NCBI GenBank assembly: GCA_026416295.1
Contig: JAOAFL010000080.1
Location: 341-64,340 of the forward strand
Direction of reading: 5' to 3'
DNA from: Burkholderiales bacterium
GTDB lineage: Bacteria > Pseudomonadota > Gammaproteobacteria > Burkholderiales > SG8-39
Length of the DNA: 64,000 bases
Below, one piece after another: positions 16,820 through 24,844 of the stretch. The notes under the pieces are model-generated. The model did not search any database. It saw only the letters and a list, made by a program, of their open reading frames with translations, and had not been told where the DNA came from. Positions within the stretch are counted from its first letter, which is position 1, and every line of letters starts with the position of its first letter. The position numbers and the translations under genes were made by a program.

Positions 16820-18106
16820 TCAGCGCGGCCGCGCGATCGCCCGCACCCCGGCTTCGGCGGCCGCCGAGCGCGTCTCGATCCAGGGCGCGACCAGCCGCGC
16901 GACGTTTTCCAGCCCCTCGAGCAGCCCCGGCACGACGACTTCCGAGGGCCGGTTCTGGCGCGGCAGATTGCGGATCGCGGCGGCCATCGTCTCCGGATCG
17001 TAGCGCCCGTCGTCGGCGAGCATCGCGACGAGCCCGAGGCTTGCCGCGCGCGAGGTGCGGATGAACTGCTCGAGCCGCGGCGCGGTGCGCGGCACGAGCA
17101 GCGCGCGTTTGTCGAGCGAGAGCACCTCGCAGAAGGTGTTGTAGCCGCCCATCGCGACCACCGCCGCCGCGCGCGCGACGAGCGCCTCGAGGTTGCTGTG
17201 GAACGTGATGCAGTCGACACGCTTCAGGCGCGCCGCGCGATCCATGAATTCGGCCTGGCGCTCGGGCTGCATGAACGGCCCGAGCACGAGGAGCGCCGGA
17301 TACGGCAGCAGCGGATCGTGCTCGTAGGCGCGCAACACCCATTCGACGAGCGCCTCCCCGTCGCCGCCGCCGCCGGTCGTCACGAGCAGATACGGTCGCT
17401 GCGTGATCTCGGGCAGCCGCGGCGGCGCCCCCCAGGTGGGCACCTCGCGGCGCAGGTATCCGGTATAGACCATCTTCTGGCGCACGCGGATCGGAAGCGA
17501 GATCCCCTCGAGCGGGTCGCAGATCTGCGGCAGGCCGTAGATCCATATCTCGTCGTAGAGGTCGCGCAGCGCGGGCAGCACGTTCTTGCGCTGCCACTCG
17601 GGCTCGAGCGCGCGCGGCTCGTCCATCACGTCGCGCAGGCCGAGCACGAGGCGCGTGCCGCGCGGTTTGAGCATCTCCAGCGTCTCGCGCACTTCGCCGC
17701 GCAGTCCGAGCGGCTCCTTGTCGACGATGAACAGATCCGGCTCGAACATCTCGGCGGTGTGCCGGATGATCGAGCCGCGCAGCCGCAGCGTCTGCTCGAT
17801 GTCGAGGTGCAGGTTGAGCGAGGTGTATTCGCCGTTGCGCAGCTTGATCACGCCGGGGATGCGCACGAAATCGACGCGCGCGCGAAAGTCGAACGAGCCG
17901 ATGATCGGCGAGCCCGACAGGATCAGGACCGAGAGCTGCTTGAAACGATCGACGAGCGCGTGCGCGATCGTGCGACAGCGGCGCAAATGCCCGAGGCCGA
18001 AGGTGTCGTGGCTGTAGATGAGGATCCGGCCGTCCGTGCGCCTGCCGTTCACGTCGTCGTCACCTTTCGGCGCCTCCCTGCGCGCCCGCACCGGCGAATG
18101 GCGCAT
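16820..18106 (-). CDS. glycosyltransferase, MurG-like/GT28 C-terminal type (COG4671-like)
   Basis: Tail of ORF 16820..18817. 'ILIYSHDTFGLGHLRRCRTIAHAL', 'TTGGGGDG', 'AMGGYNTFCEVLSLDKRALLVPR'. ATG 18106 is the longest start. GTG 18052 ('VNGRRTDGRILIY') is an equally plausible alternative. Confidence 0.8.
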   Translation of the reverse strand: MRHSPVRARREAPKGDDDVNGRRTDGRILIYSHDTFGLGHLRRCRTIAHALVDRFKQLSVLILSGSPIIGSFDFRARVDFVRIPGVIKLRNGEYTSLNLHLDIEQTLRLRGSIIRHTAEMFEPDLFIVDKEPLGLRGEVRETLEMLKPRGTRLVLGLRDVMDEPRALEPEWQRKNVLPALRDLYDEIWIYGLPQICDPLEGISLPIRVRQKMVYTGYLRREVPTWGAPPRLPEITQRPYLLVTTGGGGDGEALVEWVLRAYEHDPLLPYPALLVLGPFMQPERQAEFMDRAARLKRVDCITFHSNLEALVARAAAVVAMGGYNTFCEVLSLDKRALLVPRTAPRLEQFIRTSRAASLGLVAMLADDGRYDPETMAAAIRNLPRQNRPSEVVVPGLLEGLENVARLVAPWIETRSAAAEAGVRAIARPR

Positions 18107-18108
18107 TC

Positions 18109-18114
18109 TATAAT
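18109..18114 (+). promoter_or_regulatory. candidate -10 box (TATAAT) for the QueC-like gene
   Basis: Perfect TATAAT, 26 nt upstream of ATG 18140 in the short divergent gap. GGAG Shine-Dalgarno at 18126-18129. No convincing -35 box identified. Confidence 0.35.
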
Positions 18115-18139
18115 GGGTCGCGAGCGGAGATCGGCCCCG

Positions 18140-18757
18140 ATGACGACCCTCGTGATGCTCTCGGGCGGGCTGGACAGCACGGCGTGTCTGTACAAGCTGC
18201 TCCTGGAAACCGACGGGCCGATTCACGCGCACCACATCCGCCTGATCAACCGGGAAGGGCGCGCGCGCGCGGAGCAGGACGCGGTCGAGGCGATCGTCGC
18301 CTGGTGCCGCAAGCACCTTCGCCCCTTTCGCTACTCCGAGAGCGCGCTCGACTTCTCGCAGCTCGAGGCGATCCCGATCGACTGGATGGCGATCGCCTAC
18401 GTCGCCTGCCAGGTCGCGATCGACACCCCGGGCTGCCGGCGCATCGCCGTCGGCATCCTCGCGGCCGATCTGGACGAGACGCGTCGGCGCGTCTCGGAAA
18501 GCCAGCGGCGCGTCTTCGACGCGATGTACCGGTACTACCGCGCTCGCAAGCTCGGCGAACCCGAGGTCGAATGGATTTATCCGGTCTACGCCCTCGACAA
18601 GGCGGCGGTGGCGGCCCTGCTGCCTGCCGAGCTGCGGGCGTTCGCCTGGTCGTGCCGCCGCCCGGTGACGACCGAGGACGGCTACCGCGCCTGCGGCGAG
18701 TGCAAACCCTGTCGCAAGCGCGCCGAGGTCGCGCAAGCGACGAAACTTGCGCTCTAG
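18140..18757 (+). CDS. QueC/ExsB-family PP-loop ATPase paralogue (205 aa)
   Basis: Tail of ORF 17198..18757 from 'MTTLVMLSGGLDSTACL' (SGGxDS PP-loop). C-terminal QueC-type Zn cluster C172-x12-C185-x2-C188-x2-C191 ('SCRRP...ACGECKPCRKR'). The middle region diverges from canonical QueC. Confidence 0.8.
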   Translation: MTTLVMLSGGLDSTACLYKLLLETDGPIHAHHIRLINREGRARAEQDAVEAIVAWCRKHLRPFRYSESALDFSQLEAIPIDWMAIAYVACQVAIDTPGCRRIAVGILAADLDETRRRVSESQRRVFDAMYRYYRARKLGEPEVEWIYPVYALDKAAVAALLPAELRAFAWSCRRPVTTEDGYRACGECKPCRKRAEVAQATKLAL

Positions 18758-18868
18758 AGGCGCACTTCCCGGGCGTGCGCGGGCGACGAGGCCGCCGAAC
18801 GATGCGTCCGAGCGCAAACGCGATCGAGCGCTCGCGGCGTCGCGCCGTGCGAGCCCATCGGCCGGAAT

Positions 18869-18985
18869 TCAGTCGCCTTCGCGCGGCGGGCCGCGCCGGT
18901 CGGAACGCCGCGGCGCGGCGGTCCACCAAACGATGAGGATGAGCAGCGCGAGCGCCACCGCCATCTCGAGAAGGATCACCCACAT
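18869..18985 (-). CDS. possible 38-aa single-TM small protein (low confidence)
   Basis: From the internal Met of ORF 18869..19054: 'MWVILLEMAVALALLILIVWWTAAPRRSDRRGPPREGD'. Clean hydrophobic helix followed by a basic tail. Nearly all codons end in G/C. Antisense to the 5' end of mltA. Confidence 0.3.
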   Translation of the reverse strand: MWVILLEMAVALALLILIVWWTAAPRRSDRRGPPREGD

Positions 18986-20246
18986 CGCGCGCGCGCTCCT
19001 GACGGTTCCCGCCGCGATTGTAGTCTTCGTCGCCGGCTGCGCTGCGCCCGGCACGCCCTGCCCGCCGTGCGCGCCGCCGCCCGGCGCGGCGGCGCGCTAC
19101 GAGCCGGTCGCGCACGCGGCGCTGCCCGGCTGGGCGAACGGCTCTCATGCGCGCGCGCTCGCGGCGTTCGTCGCAGGATGCGCGGCGCTCGATCCGGCGC
19201 ACGCGCTTTCGGCCGCCTGCGCCGCAGCGCGCGCGCTCGCGCCCGCCGACGACGCCTCGGCGCGCCGATTCTTCGAACAGGCGTTCGACGCCTACGCGGT
19301 GCTCGCGCCGGACGGCGCGGCCGAAGGGCTCGTCACCGGCTATTACGAGCCGGTGCTCGCCGGCAGCCGCCGCCGAAGCGCGCGGTTCCGCTATCCGGTC
19401 TTCGGCGTGCCCGATGACCTCGTCGCGGTCGACCTCGCCTCGGTCGCGCCGGAGATCCGCCACCTGCGCCTGCGGGGGCGGCTCGAGGGGCGGCGGCTCG
19501 TGCCGTACTGGACGCGCGCCGAGATCGAAGCGCGCGGCGCCGAGTTCCCCGCCCCGGTGCTCGCTTGGGTCGAGGACCCGGTCGAGCTTTTCTTCCTCCA
19601 CATCCAGGGTTCGGGCCAGCTCGTGCTCGAGGACGGCGCGCGCCTGCGGCTCGCCTACGCCGACCACAACGGGCATCCGTACCGCTCGCTCGGCCGCCAC
19701 CTCGTCGAACGCGGCGAACTGGCGCCACACGAAGCCTCCATGCAGGGCATCAAAGCGTGGGCGGCCGCCAATCCGGAGCGCCTTGCCGAAGCGCTCGCGG
19801 CGAACGCGAGCTACGTCTTTTTCCGCGAGCTCGGCGCGCAGGGCGGACCGATCGGTGCGCTCGGCGTACCGCTCACCGCCGGCGCGAGCCTCGCGGTCGA
19901 TCCGCGCGCGATCCCGCTCGGCGCGCCGGTGTACCTCGCGACCACCTGGCCCGCGTCGTCGCGCCCGCTCGAGCGGCTGATGGTGGCGCAGGACACCGGC
20001 GGCGCGATCCGCGGCGCGGTGCGCGCCGATTTCTTCTGGGGCACGGGCGCCGAGGCGGGCACGCAGGCCGGCCGCATGCGCGAGCGCGGCAGGCTGTGGC
20101 TGCTGTGGCCGCGCGGCGCGCCGCTGCCGCAAGGCCGCGCGCCTAGCGGCCGGGGCGTGCGGCTTCCTTCGCCGCCGCGTCGAGCATCTCGCGAAGCTGC
20201 GCCGCCGGCAGGCCGCCGCGGATGCGCTCGCCGTTCGCGAGAATGA
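18933..20246 (+). CDS. mltA: membrane-bound lytic murein transglycosylase A
   Basis: Part of ORF 18747..20246. Lipobox 'VFVAGC'. 'TGYYEP', 'LFFLHIQGSG', 'GHPYRSLG', 'VAQDTGGAIRG..RADFFWGTG'. Start at ATG 18933 (or 18939). The last ~45 aa are an R/P-rich read-through tail. Confidence 0.85.
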   Translation: MRMSSASATAISRRITHIARALLTVPAAIVVFVAGCAAPGTPCPPCAPPPGAAARYEPVAHAALPGWANGSHARALAAFVAGCAALDPAHALSAACAAARALAPADDASARRFFEQAFDAYAVLAPDGAAEGLVTGYYEPVLAGSRRRSARFRYPVFGVPDDLVAVDLASVAPEIRHLRLRGRLEGRRLVPYWTRAEIEARGAEFPAPVLAWVEDPVELFFLHIQGSGQLVLEDGARLRLAYADHNGHPYRSLGRHLVERGELAPHEASMQGIKAWAAANPERLAEALAANASYVFFRELGAQGGPIGALGVPLTAGASLAVDPRAIPLGAPVYLATTWPASSRPLERLMVAQDTGGAIRGAVRADFFWGTGAEAGTQAGRMRERGRLWLLWPRGAPLPQGRAPSGRGVRLPSPPRRASREAAPPAGRRGCARRSRE

Positions 20247-20877
20247 GCGTCGGCGTCGAATTGATGCGCAGGCTGCGCCCCACCTCGATCACCCGATCGA
20301 TCGGCGCATCGCAGTTGGTCGCGAGCGCCGAGGGCTTTCGCCGCAGCGCGAGATCGAGCCAGGCCTTGCCCCGATCGGGCGCGCACCACACCGCGCGGGA
20401 GTGATCGGCGAGGTCGGGCCGGATCACCGGGTACATGAAGTAGTAGATCGTGATGTCGGAGATCTCGGCGAGCGCCTTTTCGAACTGCTGGCAGGCGGGG
20501 CAATACGGGTCGGAGAACACCGCGAGCACGCGCCGGCCGTTGCCGCGCTGCACTTTCACCGCGAGCTCGAGGGGGAGCGTCGCGAAGTTGATCGCCGACA
20601 GTTTGCGCAGCCGTTCTTCGGTGAGATTGCGATTTGCGCGCAGATCGTAAAGGCTGCCATCGAACGCGTAATGGCCTTGCGCGTCGGTGTAGAGGAGCTG
20701 CGGCCCGTCGCGCCCCGCGTAGCGCACTTCGAAGATCCCCGGCAGCGGCGTCGGCTGCACCGATTCGATGCGCGCGCCGCCGAGCTTCGGCTCGAGCGCC
20801 TGGCGGATCGCCTGTTCGTTCGCCGCGGCGGCGAGCGGGACGAGCAGGCCGAGCACCGCGTAGGTCAGTCGGATCAT
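20143..20877 (-). CDS. dsbC: thiol:disulfide interchange protein DsbC/DsbG family
   Basis: Tail of ORF 20143..21846 from 'MIRLTYAVLGLLVPLAAAA' (signal peptide). Active site 'DPYCPACQQFE'. Confidence 0.85.
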   Translation of the reverse strand: MIRLTYAVLGLLVPLAAAANEQAIRQALEPKLGGARIESVQPTPLPGIFEVRYAGRDGPQLLYTDAQGHYAFDGSLYDLRANRNLTEERLRKLSAINFATLPLELAVKVQRGNGRRVLAVFSDPYCPACQQFEKALAEISDITIYYFMYPVIRPDLADHSRAVWCAPDRGKAWLDLALRRKPSALATNCDAPIDRVIEVGRSLRINSTPTLILANGERIRGGLPAAQLREMLDAAAKEAARPGR

Positions 20878-20891
20878 CGGGGGTCCCTTTC

Positions 20892-22061
20892 TCAGGCCAT
20901 CGCGCGACGCGCGAGCAGGTTCTTGACGACCGACAGCCGGTCGAGGAGCGCGAGACCGGCGTTGCGCAGCGCGGCGATCGGCGCGCCTTGCGCGGCGAAA
21001 AGCCGCGCAAGGCCGTGCACGAGCGCGTCCATCGCGAGCACGTCCTCGGCGCGCGCGCGCTCGTAGCGCCGCAGCAGCCGCACATCGCCCGGGTCGCGCA
21101 GCGGCTCGCGCGCGCCGAGCACCTCGCCGAGCGCGCGCGCGTCCTGCAGCCCGAGGTTCGCGCCCTGCCCGGCGAGCGGATGGATCACGTGCGCGGCATC
21201 GCCCGCGAGCGCGACGCGCGGGCCGACCGTGCGCGCGGCGCGCGCGCGCCGCAGCGGGTAGCACTGCGGCGGGGCGAGCGCGACGAGCGCGCCGAGCGCA
21301 GCGCCCGAGGCGCGCCGCACTTCGCCGCATAGCGGCTGCGGGGCGAGCGCCGCAAGGCGCGCGGCCTCGGACTCCGGGAGCGACCACACCATCGAGACGC
21401 GATCGCCGGGCAAGGGCAGAAGCGCGAGCACCGAATCGCCCCGAAACCATTGATACGCGACGTTGCGATGCGGCCGCGCGCACTCGAAATTCGCGACGAG
21501 CGCCGCCTGGCCGTAGGGCTGCTCGCAAAACGCGATGCCGGCGGCCTCGCGAACGCGCGAGCGCGCGCCGTCGGCGCCGACCACGAGCCGCGCGCGAAGC
21601 GACGCCCCCCGGTCGAGGCGAAGCTGCGCGGCCTCCGCGCCGAACTGCACCTCGAGGCACGCGCCGGCGACAGGCGGCGCAAGGTCCGCGCGCAGCGCGG
21701 CGGCCACCTCGGCTTCTTCCGCGATCCAGGCGAGCGCCTCGACGCCCGCCTCCCAGGCGTCGAACGCGAGACAGGTGCGCGCGTCGTCGCCGTAGATCCG
21801 CATCGCGTGCACCGGCGCAACGCGCTCGGTGCGCACCCGGCGCCACGCCCCGAGCGAGCGAAGGAACGCGACGTTGCCGGGACTGAGCGCGTAGACGCGC
21901 GCATCGAGCGCCTCGCCGGGCGGGCGAGGCGCCGGCGCCGGAGCGATGCGCGCCACCTGAAGGCCTGCGCGCGCGAGCGCGTGCGCCGTGGCAAGGGCGA
22001 CGAGCCCGCCGCCGACGACGGCCGCCTCGGTTTCGAGCGCGCCTTCCTCGTTTCGGTCCAA
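20892..22061 (-). CDS. UbiH/UbiF/VisC/COQ6-family FAD-dependent monooxygenase
   Basis: 389-aa ORF with TTG start. 'AAVVGGGLVALATAHALARAG' is an FAD fold. 'GDAAHVIHPLAGQGANLGLQDA' is the family signature. Confidence 0.85.
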   Translation of the reverse strand: MDRNEEGALETEAAVVGGGLVALATAHALARAGLQVARIAPAPAPRPPGEALDARVYALSPGNVAFLRSLGAWRRVRTERVAPVHAMRIYGDDARTCLAFDAWEAGVEALAWIAEEAEVAAALRADLAPPVAGACLEVQFGAEAAQLRLDRGASLRARLVVGADGARSRVREAAGIAFCEQPYGQAALVANFECARPHRNVAYQWFRGDSVLALLPLPGDRVSMVWSLPESEAARLAALAPQPLCGEVRRASGAALGALVALAPPQCYPLRRARAARTVGPRVALAGDAAHVIHPLAGQGANLGLQDARALGEVLGAREPLRDPGDVRLLRRYERARAEDVLAMDALVHGLARLFAAQGAPIAALRNAGLALLDRLSVVKNLLARRAMA

Positions 22062-22065
22062 CTCT

Positions 22066-22094
22066 TTGACTCCAGACGGCTTTTGCGGGAGAAT
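22066..22094 (+). promoter_or_regulatory. candidate sigma70 promoter for the tRNA gene
   Basis: TTGACT (22066-22071), 17-nt spacer, GAGAAT (22089-22094), about 27 nt upstream of the tRNA 5' end. Confidence 0.35.
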
Positions 22095-22120
22095 ACGCGC
22101 TCGTCGGAATTCCCGAAAGT

Positions 22121-22197
22121 GGCGAATTAGCTCAGCTGGTTAGAGCAGCGGAATCATAATCCGTGTGTCCGGGGTTCGAGTCCCTGATTCGCCACCA
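22121..22197 (+). tRNA. tRNA with CAT anticodon (elongator Met; Ile2/lysidine type not excluded)
   Basis: Hand-folded cloverleaf: acceptor GGCGAAT/ATTCGCC, D arm GCTC..GAGC, anticodon arm GCGGA-ATCATAA-TCCGT, T arm CGGGG-TTCGAGT-CCCTG, encoded CCA. The G1:C72 pair argues against an initiator. Confidence 0.9.
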
Positions 22198-22221
22198 TCC
22201 CGATTTCTGTCCGCCCGCCGC

Positions 22222-22536
22222 ATGAGCCGCGCCGTGCCGCTCGCCCTGGCGCTCGCGTTCGCCGCGGCGCCGCTCGCCGCGCAACTGCGCTCGATCCCGG
22301 CCGACGCGAAGCGCGGCACGCTCTCGCACGTGCGCGAGATGGAGGTGCTGCTCGATGGCCGGCCCGCGCGGCTCGCCCCCGGCGCGCAGATCCGCGACGG
22401 CGAAAACCGCATCGTGCTGCCGATGCAGCTGCCGCCGGATTCGCTCGTCAAGTATCAGCTCGACGGCGAGGGCCTGTTGCGCCGGGTGTGGATTCTCACG
22501 CCGGCCGAGGCGGCGCAGCCCGATCCCCGGCGCTAG
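22222..22536 (+). CDS. small secreted hypothetical protein (104 aa)
   Basis: ORF 22165..22536 trimmed to 'MSRAVPLALALAFAAAPLAAQ' (signal peptide), because the longer ORF would overlap the tRNA. Balanced composition and high GC3. No clear SD. Confidence 0.6.
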   Translation: MSRAVPLALALAFAAAPLAAQLRSIPADAKRGTLSHVREMEVLLDGRPARLAPGAQIRDGENRIVLPMQLPPDSLVKYQLDGEGLLRRVWILTPAEAAQPDPRR

Positions 22537-22554
22537 CCGCGCCGCGCGCCGCGC

Positions 22555-23883
22555 ATGACCGCCAAGCTTTACCTGCGCACCTTCGGTTGCCAGATGAACG
22601 AGTACGATTCGGCGCGCATCGCCGACGTGCTCGCGCAAAGCGACGGCTACCGTCTCGCCGCCTCGCCCGAGGAAGCCGACCTCATCGTCTACAACACCTG
22701 CTCGGTGCGCGAAAAAGCGCAGGAAAAGCTCTTCACCGAACTCGGGCGCGCGCGGCGCGCCAAGCGCGCGCGCCCCGAGGTGCTGATCGCGGTCGGCGGC
22801 TGCGTCGCGAGCCAGGAGGGCGAGGCGCTGCTCGCGCGCGCGCCCTTCGTCGACGTCGTGTTCGGCCCGCAGACGCTGCACCGGCTGCCGGAACTGCTTG
22901 CCCGCCGGCGCGCGAGCGCGCGACCCCAGGTCGACGTGTCGTTTCCCGAGATCGAGAAGTTCGACCGGCTGCCCGAGCCGCGCGTCGAGGGCGCCGCGGC
23001 GTTCGTCTCGATCATGGAGGGCTGCAGCAAATACTGCAGCTTCTGCGTGGTGCCCTACACCCGCGGGCGCGAGGTGTTCCGGCGGTTCGAGGACGTGATC
23101 GCCGAGGTCGCGGCGCTCGCCGCGCGCGGCGTGAAGGAGGTGACGCTGCTCGGGCAGAACGTGAACGCCTGGCGCGGCACGATCGACGGCGAGCCGGCCG
23201 ATTTCGCGGCGCTGCTCGGCTACGTCGCGGCGATCGACGGCATCGCGCGCGTGCGCTACACCACCTCGCACCCGCGCGAATTCACCGGCCGGCTCGTGCG
23301 CGCGCACGCCGAGCTCGAAGCGCTCGCCCCCCACGTGCACCTGCCGGTGCAGTCGGGCTCGGACCGGGTGCTCGCGGCGATGAAGCGCGGCTACACCGCG
23401 CTCGAGTACCGTTCGATCGTGCGCCGGCTGCGGCGCGCGCGCCCCGGCATCGCGGTCACGACCGACTTCATCGTCGGCTTTCCGGGCGAGACCGACGCGG
23501 ATTTCGAGGCGACGCTCGCGCTCGCGCGCGACTGCGCCTTCGACGGGGCGTTCGCGTTCGTCTACAGCCCGCGGCCGGGCACGCCGGCGGCGGAGCTGCC
23601 GGACCCGACCCCGCGCGCCGAAAAGCTCGCGCGCCTTGCGCGCCTGAACGCGCTCGTCGCCTCGCAGGCGCGCGCGGCCGCCGAAGCGAAGGTCGGCACG
23701 ACCGAGCGGGTGCTCGTCGAGGGCCGCTCGAAGAAGCGCGCGGAGGAACTCGCCGGCCGCACCGGGTGCAACCGCGTCGTCAACTTCCCGGGCGATCCTT
23801 CGCTCGTCGGCCGCTACGTCGAGGTGCGCATCACCGGCGCCGCGCCGCACAGCCTGAGAGGTGAGATCGTTGCCGCGCACTAG
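22555..23883 (+). CDS. miaB: tRNA-2-methylthio-N6-dimethylallyladenosine synthase
   Basis: 442-aa ORF. '[15 protein letters not shown]'. Radical-SAM '[18 protein letters not shown]'. TRAM C-terminus. Confidence 0.95.
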   Translation: MTAKLYLRTFGCQMNEYDSARIADVLAQSDGYRLAASPEEADLIVYNTCSVREKAQEKLFTELGRARRAKRARPEVLIAVGGCVASQEGEALLARAPFVDVVFGPQTLHRLPELLARRRASARPQVDVSFPEIEKFDRLPEPRVEGAAAFVSIMEGCSKYCSFCVVPYTRGREVFRRFEDVIAEVAALAARGVKEVTLLGQNVNAWRGTIDGEPADFAALLGYVAAIDGIARVRYTTSHPREFTGRLVRAHAELEALAPHVHLPVQSGSDRVLAAMKRGYTALEYRSIVRRLRRARPGIAVTTDFIVGFPGETDADFEATLALARDCAFDGAFAFVYSPRPGTPAAELPDPTPRAEKLARLARLNALVASQARAAAEAKVGTTERVLVEGRSKKRAEELAGRTGCNRVVNFPGDPSLVGRYVEVRITGAAPHSLRGEIVAAH

Positions 23884-24844
23884 GCCGGTCGAGGTGCGGC
23901 TCGAGCCGGTGGACAACGCGCGCCTTGCGCGCCTGTGCGGCGCGATGGACGAGAACCTGCGCCAGATCGAGGCCGCGCTCGACGTCGCGATCTCGCGCCG
24001 CGGAGCGCATTTCGCGGTGCGCGGCGAGCGCGCGCAGGCCGAACGCGCCGCGCGCGCGCTCGCGCATTTCTACGACCGCGCCGCGACCGACCTGACGGTG
24101 GACGACCTGCAGCTTGCGCTCGCCGAGTTCGCGCACGGCGGGGCGCTTTCGGCCGCGACCGCGACGGGGCCGAAGCTGCTCACGCGCCGACCCGACCTGC
24201 ACGGCCGCACGCCGCATCAGGTGCAGTACATCGAAAACATCCTCGGCCACGACCTCACCTTCGGCATCGGCCCGGCGGGTACCGGCAAGACCTACCTCGC
24301 GGTCGCCTGCGCGGTGGACGCGTTGCGCCGCGAAAAAGCGAAGCGCATCGTGCTCGTGCGTCCGGCGGTGGAAGCGGGCGAGCGGCTCGGTTTTCTGCCG
24401 GGCGACCTCGCGCAGAAGGTCGATCCGTACCTGCGGCCGCTCTACGACGCGCTCTACGACCTCGCCGGCCTGGAGGAGACCGCGCGGCTGCTCGAGCGCG
24501 GCGCGATCGAACTTGCGCCGCTCGCCTACATGCGCGGCCGCACGCTCAACCACGCGTTCATCATCCTCGACGAGGCGCAGAACACCACGCCCGAGCAGAT
24601 GAAGATGTTTCTCACCCGCATCGGTTTCGGCGCGAAAGCGGTGGTGACCGGCGACGTCACCCAGATCGACCTCGCGCGCGGACAGAAGAGCGGTCTCGTC
24701 GAGGCGCGCCGCATCCTCGCCGGCGTGCGCGGCGTCGCGTTCAGCACGTTCACCGCCGCCGACGTGGTGCGCCATCCGCTCGTCGCCCGCATCATCGATG
24801 CCTACGAGCGCGACGCCGCCGGCGAGGCGGGCGCGGCGCCCTAG
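23861..24844 (+). CDS. phoH: PhoH-family ATPase (YbeZ-like)
   Basis: 327-aa ORF with GTG start. Walker A '[13 protein letters not shown]'. '[19 protein letters not shown]'. Standard miaB-phoH-ybeY order. Confidence 0.9.
   Translation: MRSLPRTRPVEVRLEPVDNARLARLCGAMDENLRQIEAALDVAISRRGAHFAVRGERAQAERAARALAHFYDRAATDLTVDDLQLALAEFAHGGALSAATATGPKLLTRRPDLHGRTPHQVQYIENILGHDLTFGIGPAGTGKTYLAVACAVDALRREKAKRIVLVRPAVEAGERLGFLPGDLAQKVDPYLRPLYDALYDLAGLEETARLLERGAIELAPLAYMRGRTLNHAFIILDEAQNTTPEQMKMFLTRIGFGAKAVVTGDVTQIDLARGQKSGLVEARRILAGVRGVAFSTFTAADVVRHPLVARIIDAYERDAAGEAGAAP

Noticed and set aside
12025-18106. Reading the glycosyltransferase block as an LPS O-antigen, capsule or Nod-factor-like locus
   Set aside because: No Wzx/Wzy/Wzz, Wza/Wzc, Wzm/Wzt, priming transferase, NodA/NodC-type genes or nucleotide-sugar enzymes are present. 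The only transporter is an importer, so no known pathway label was assigned.
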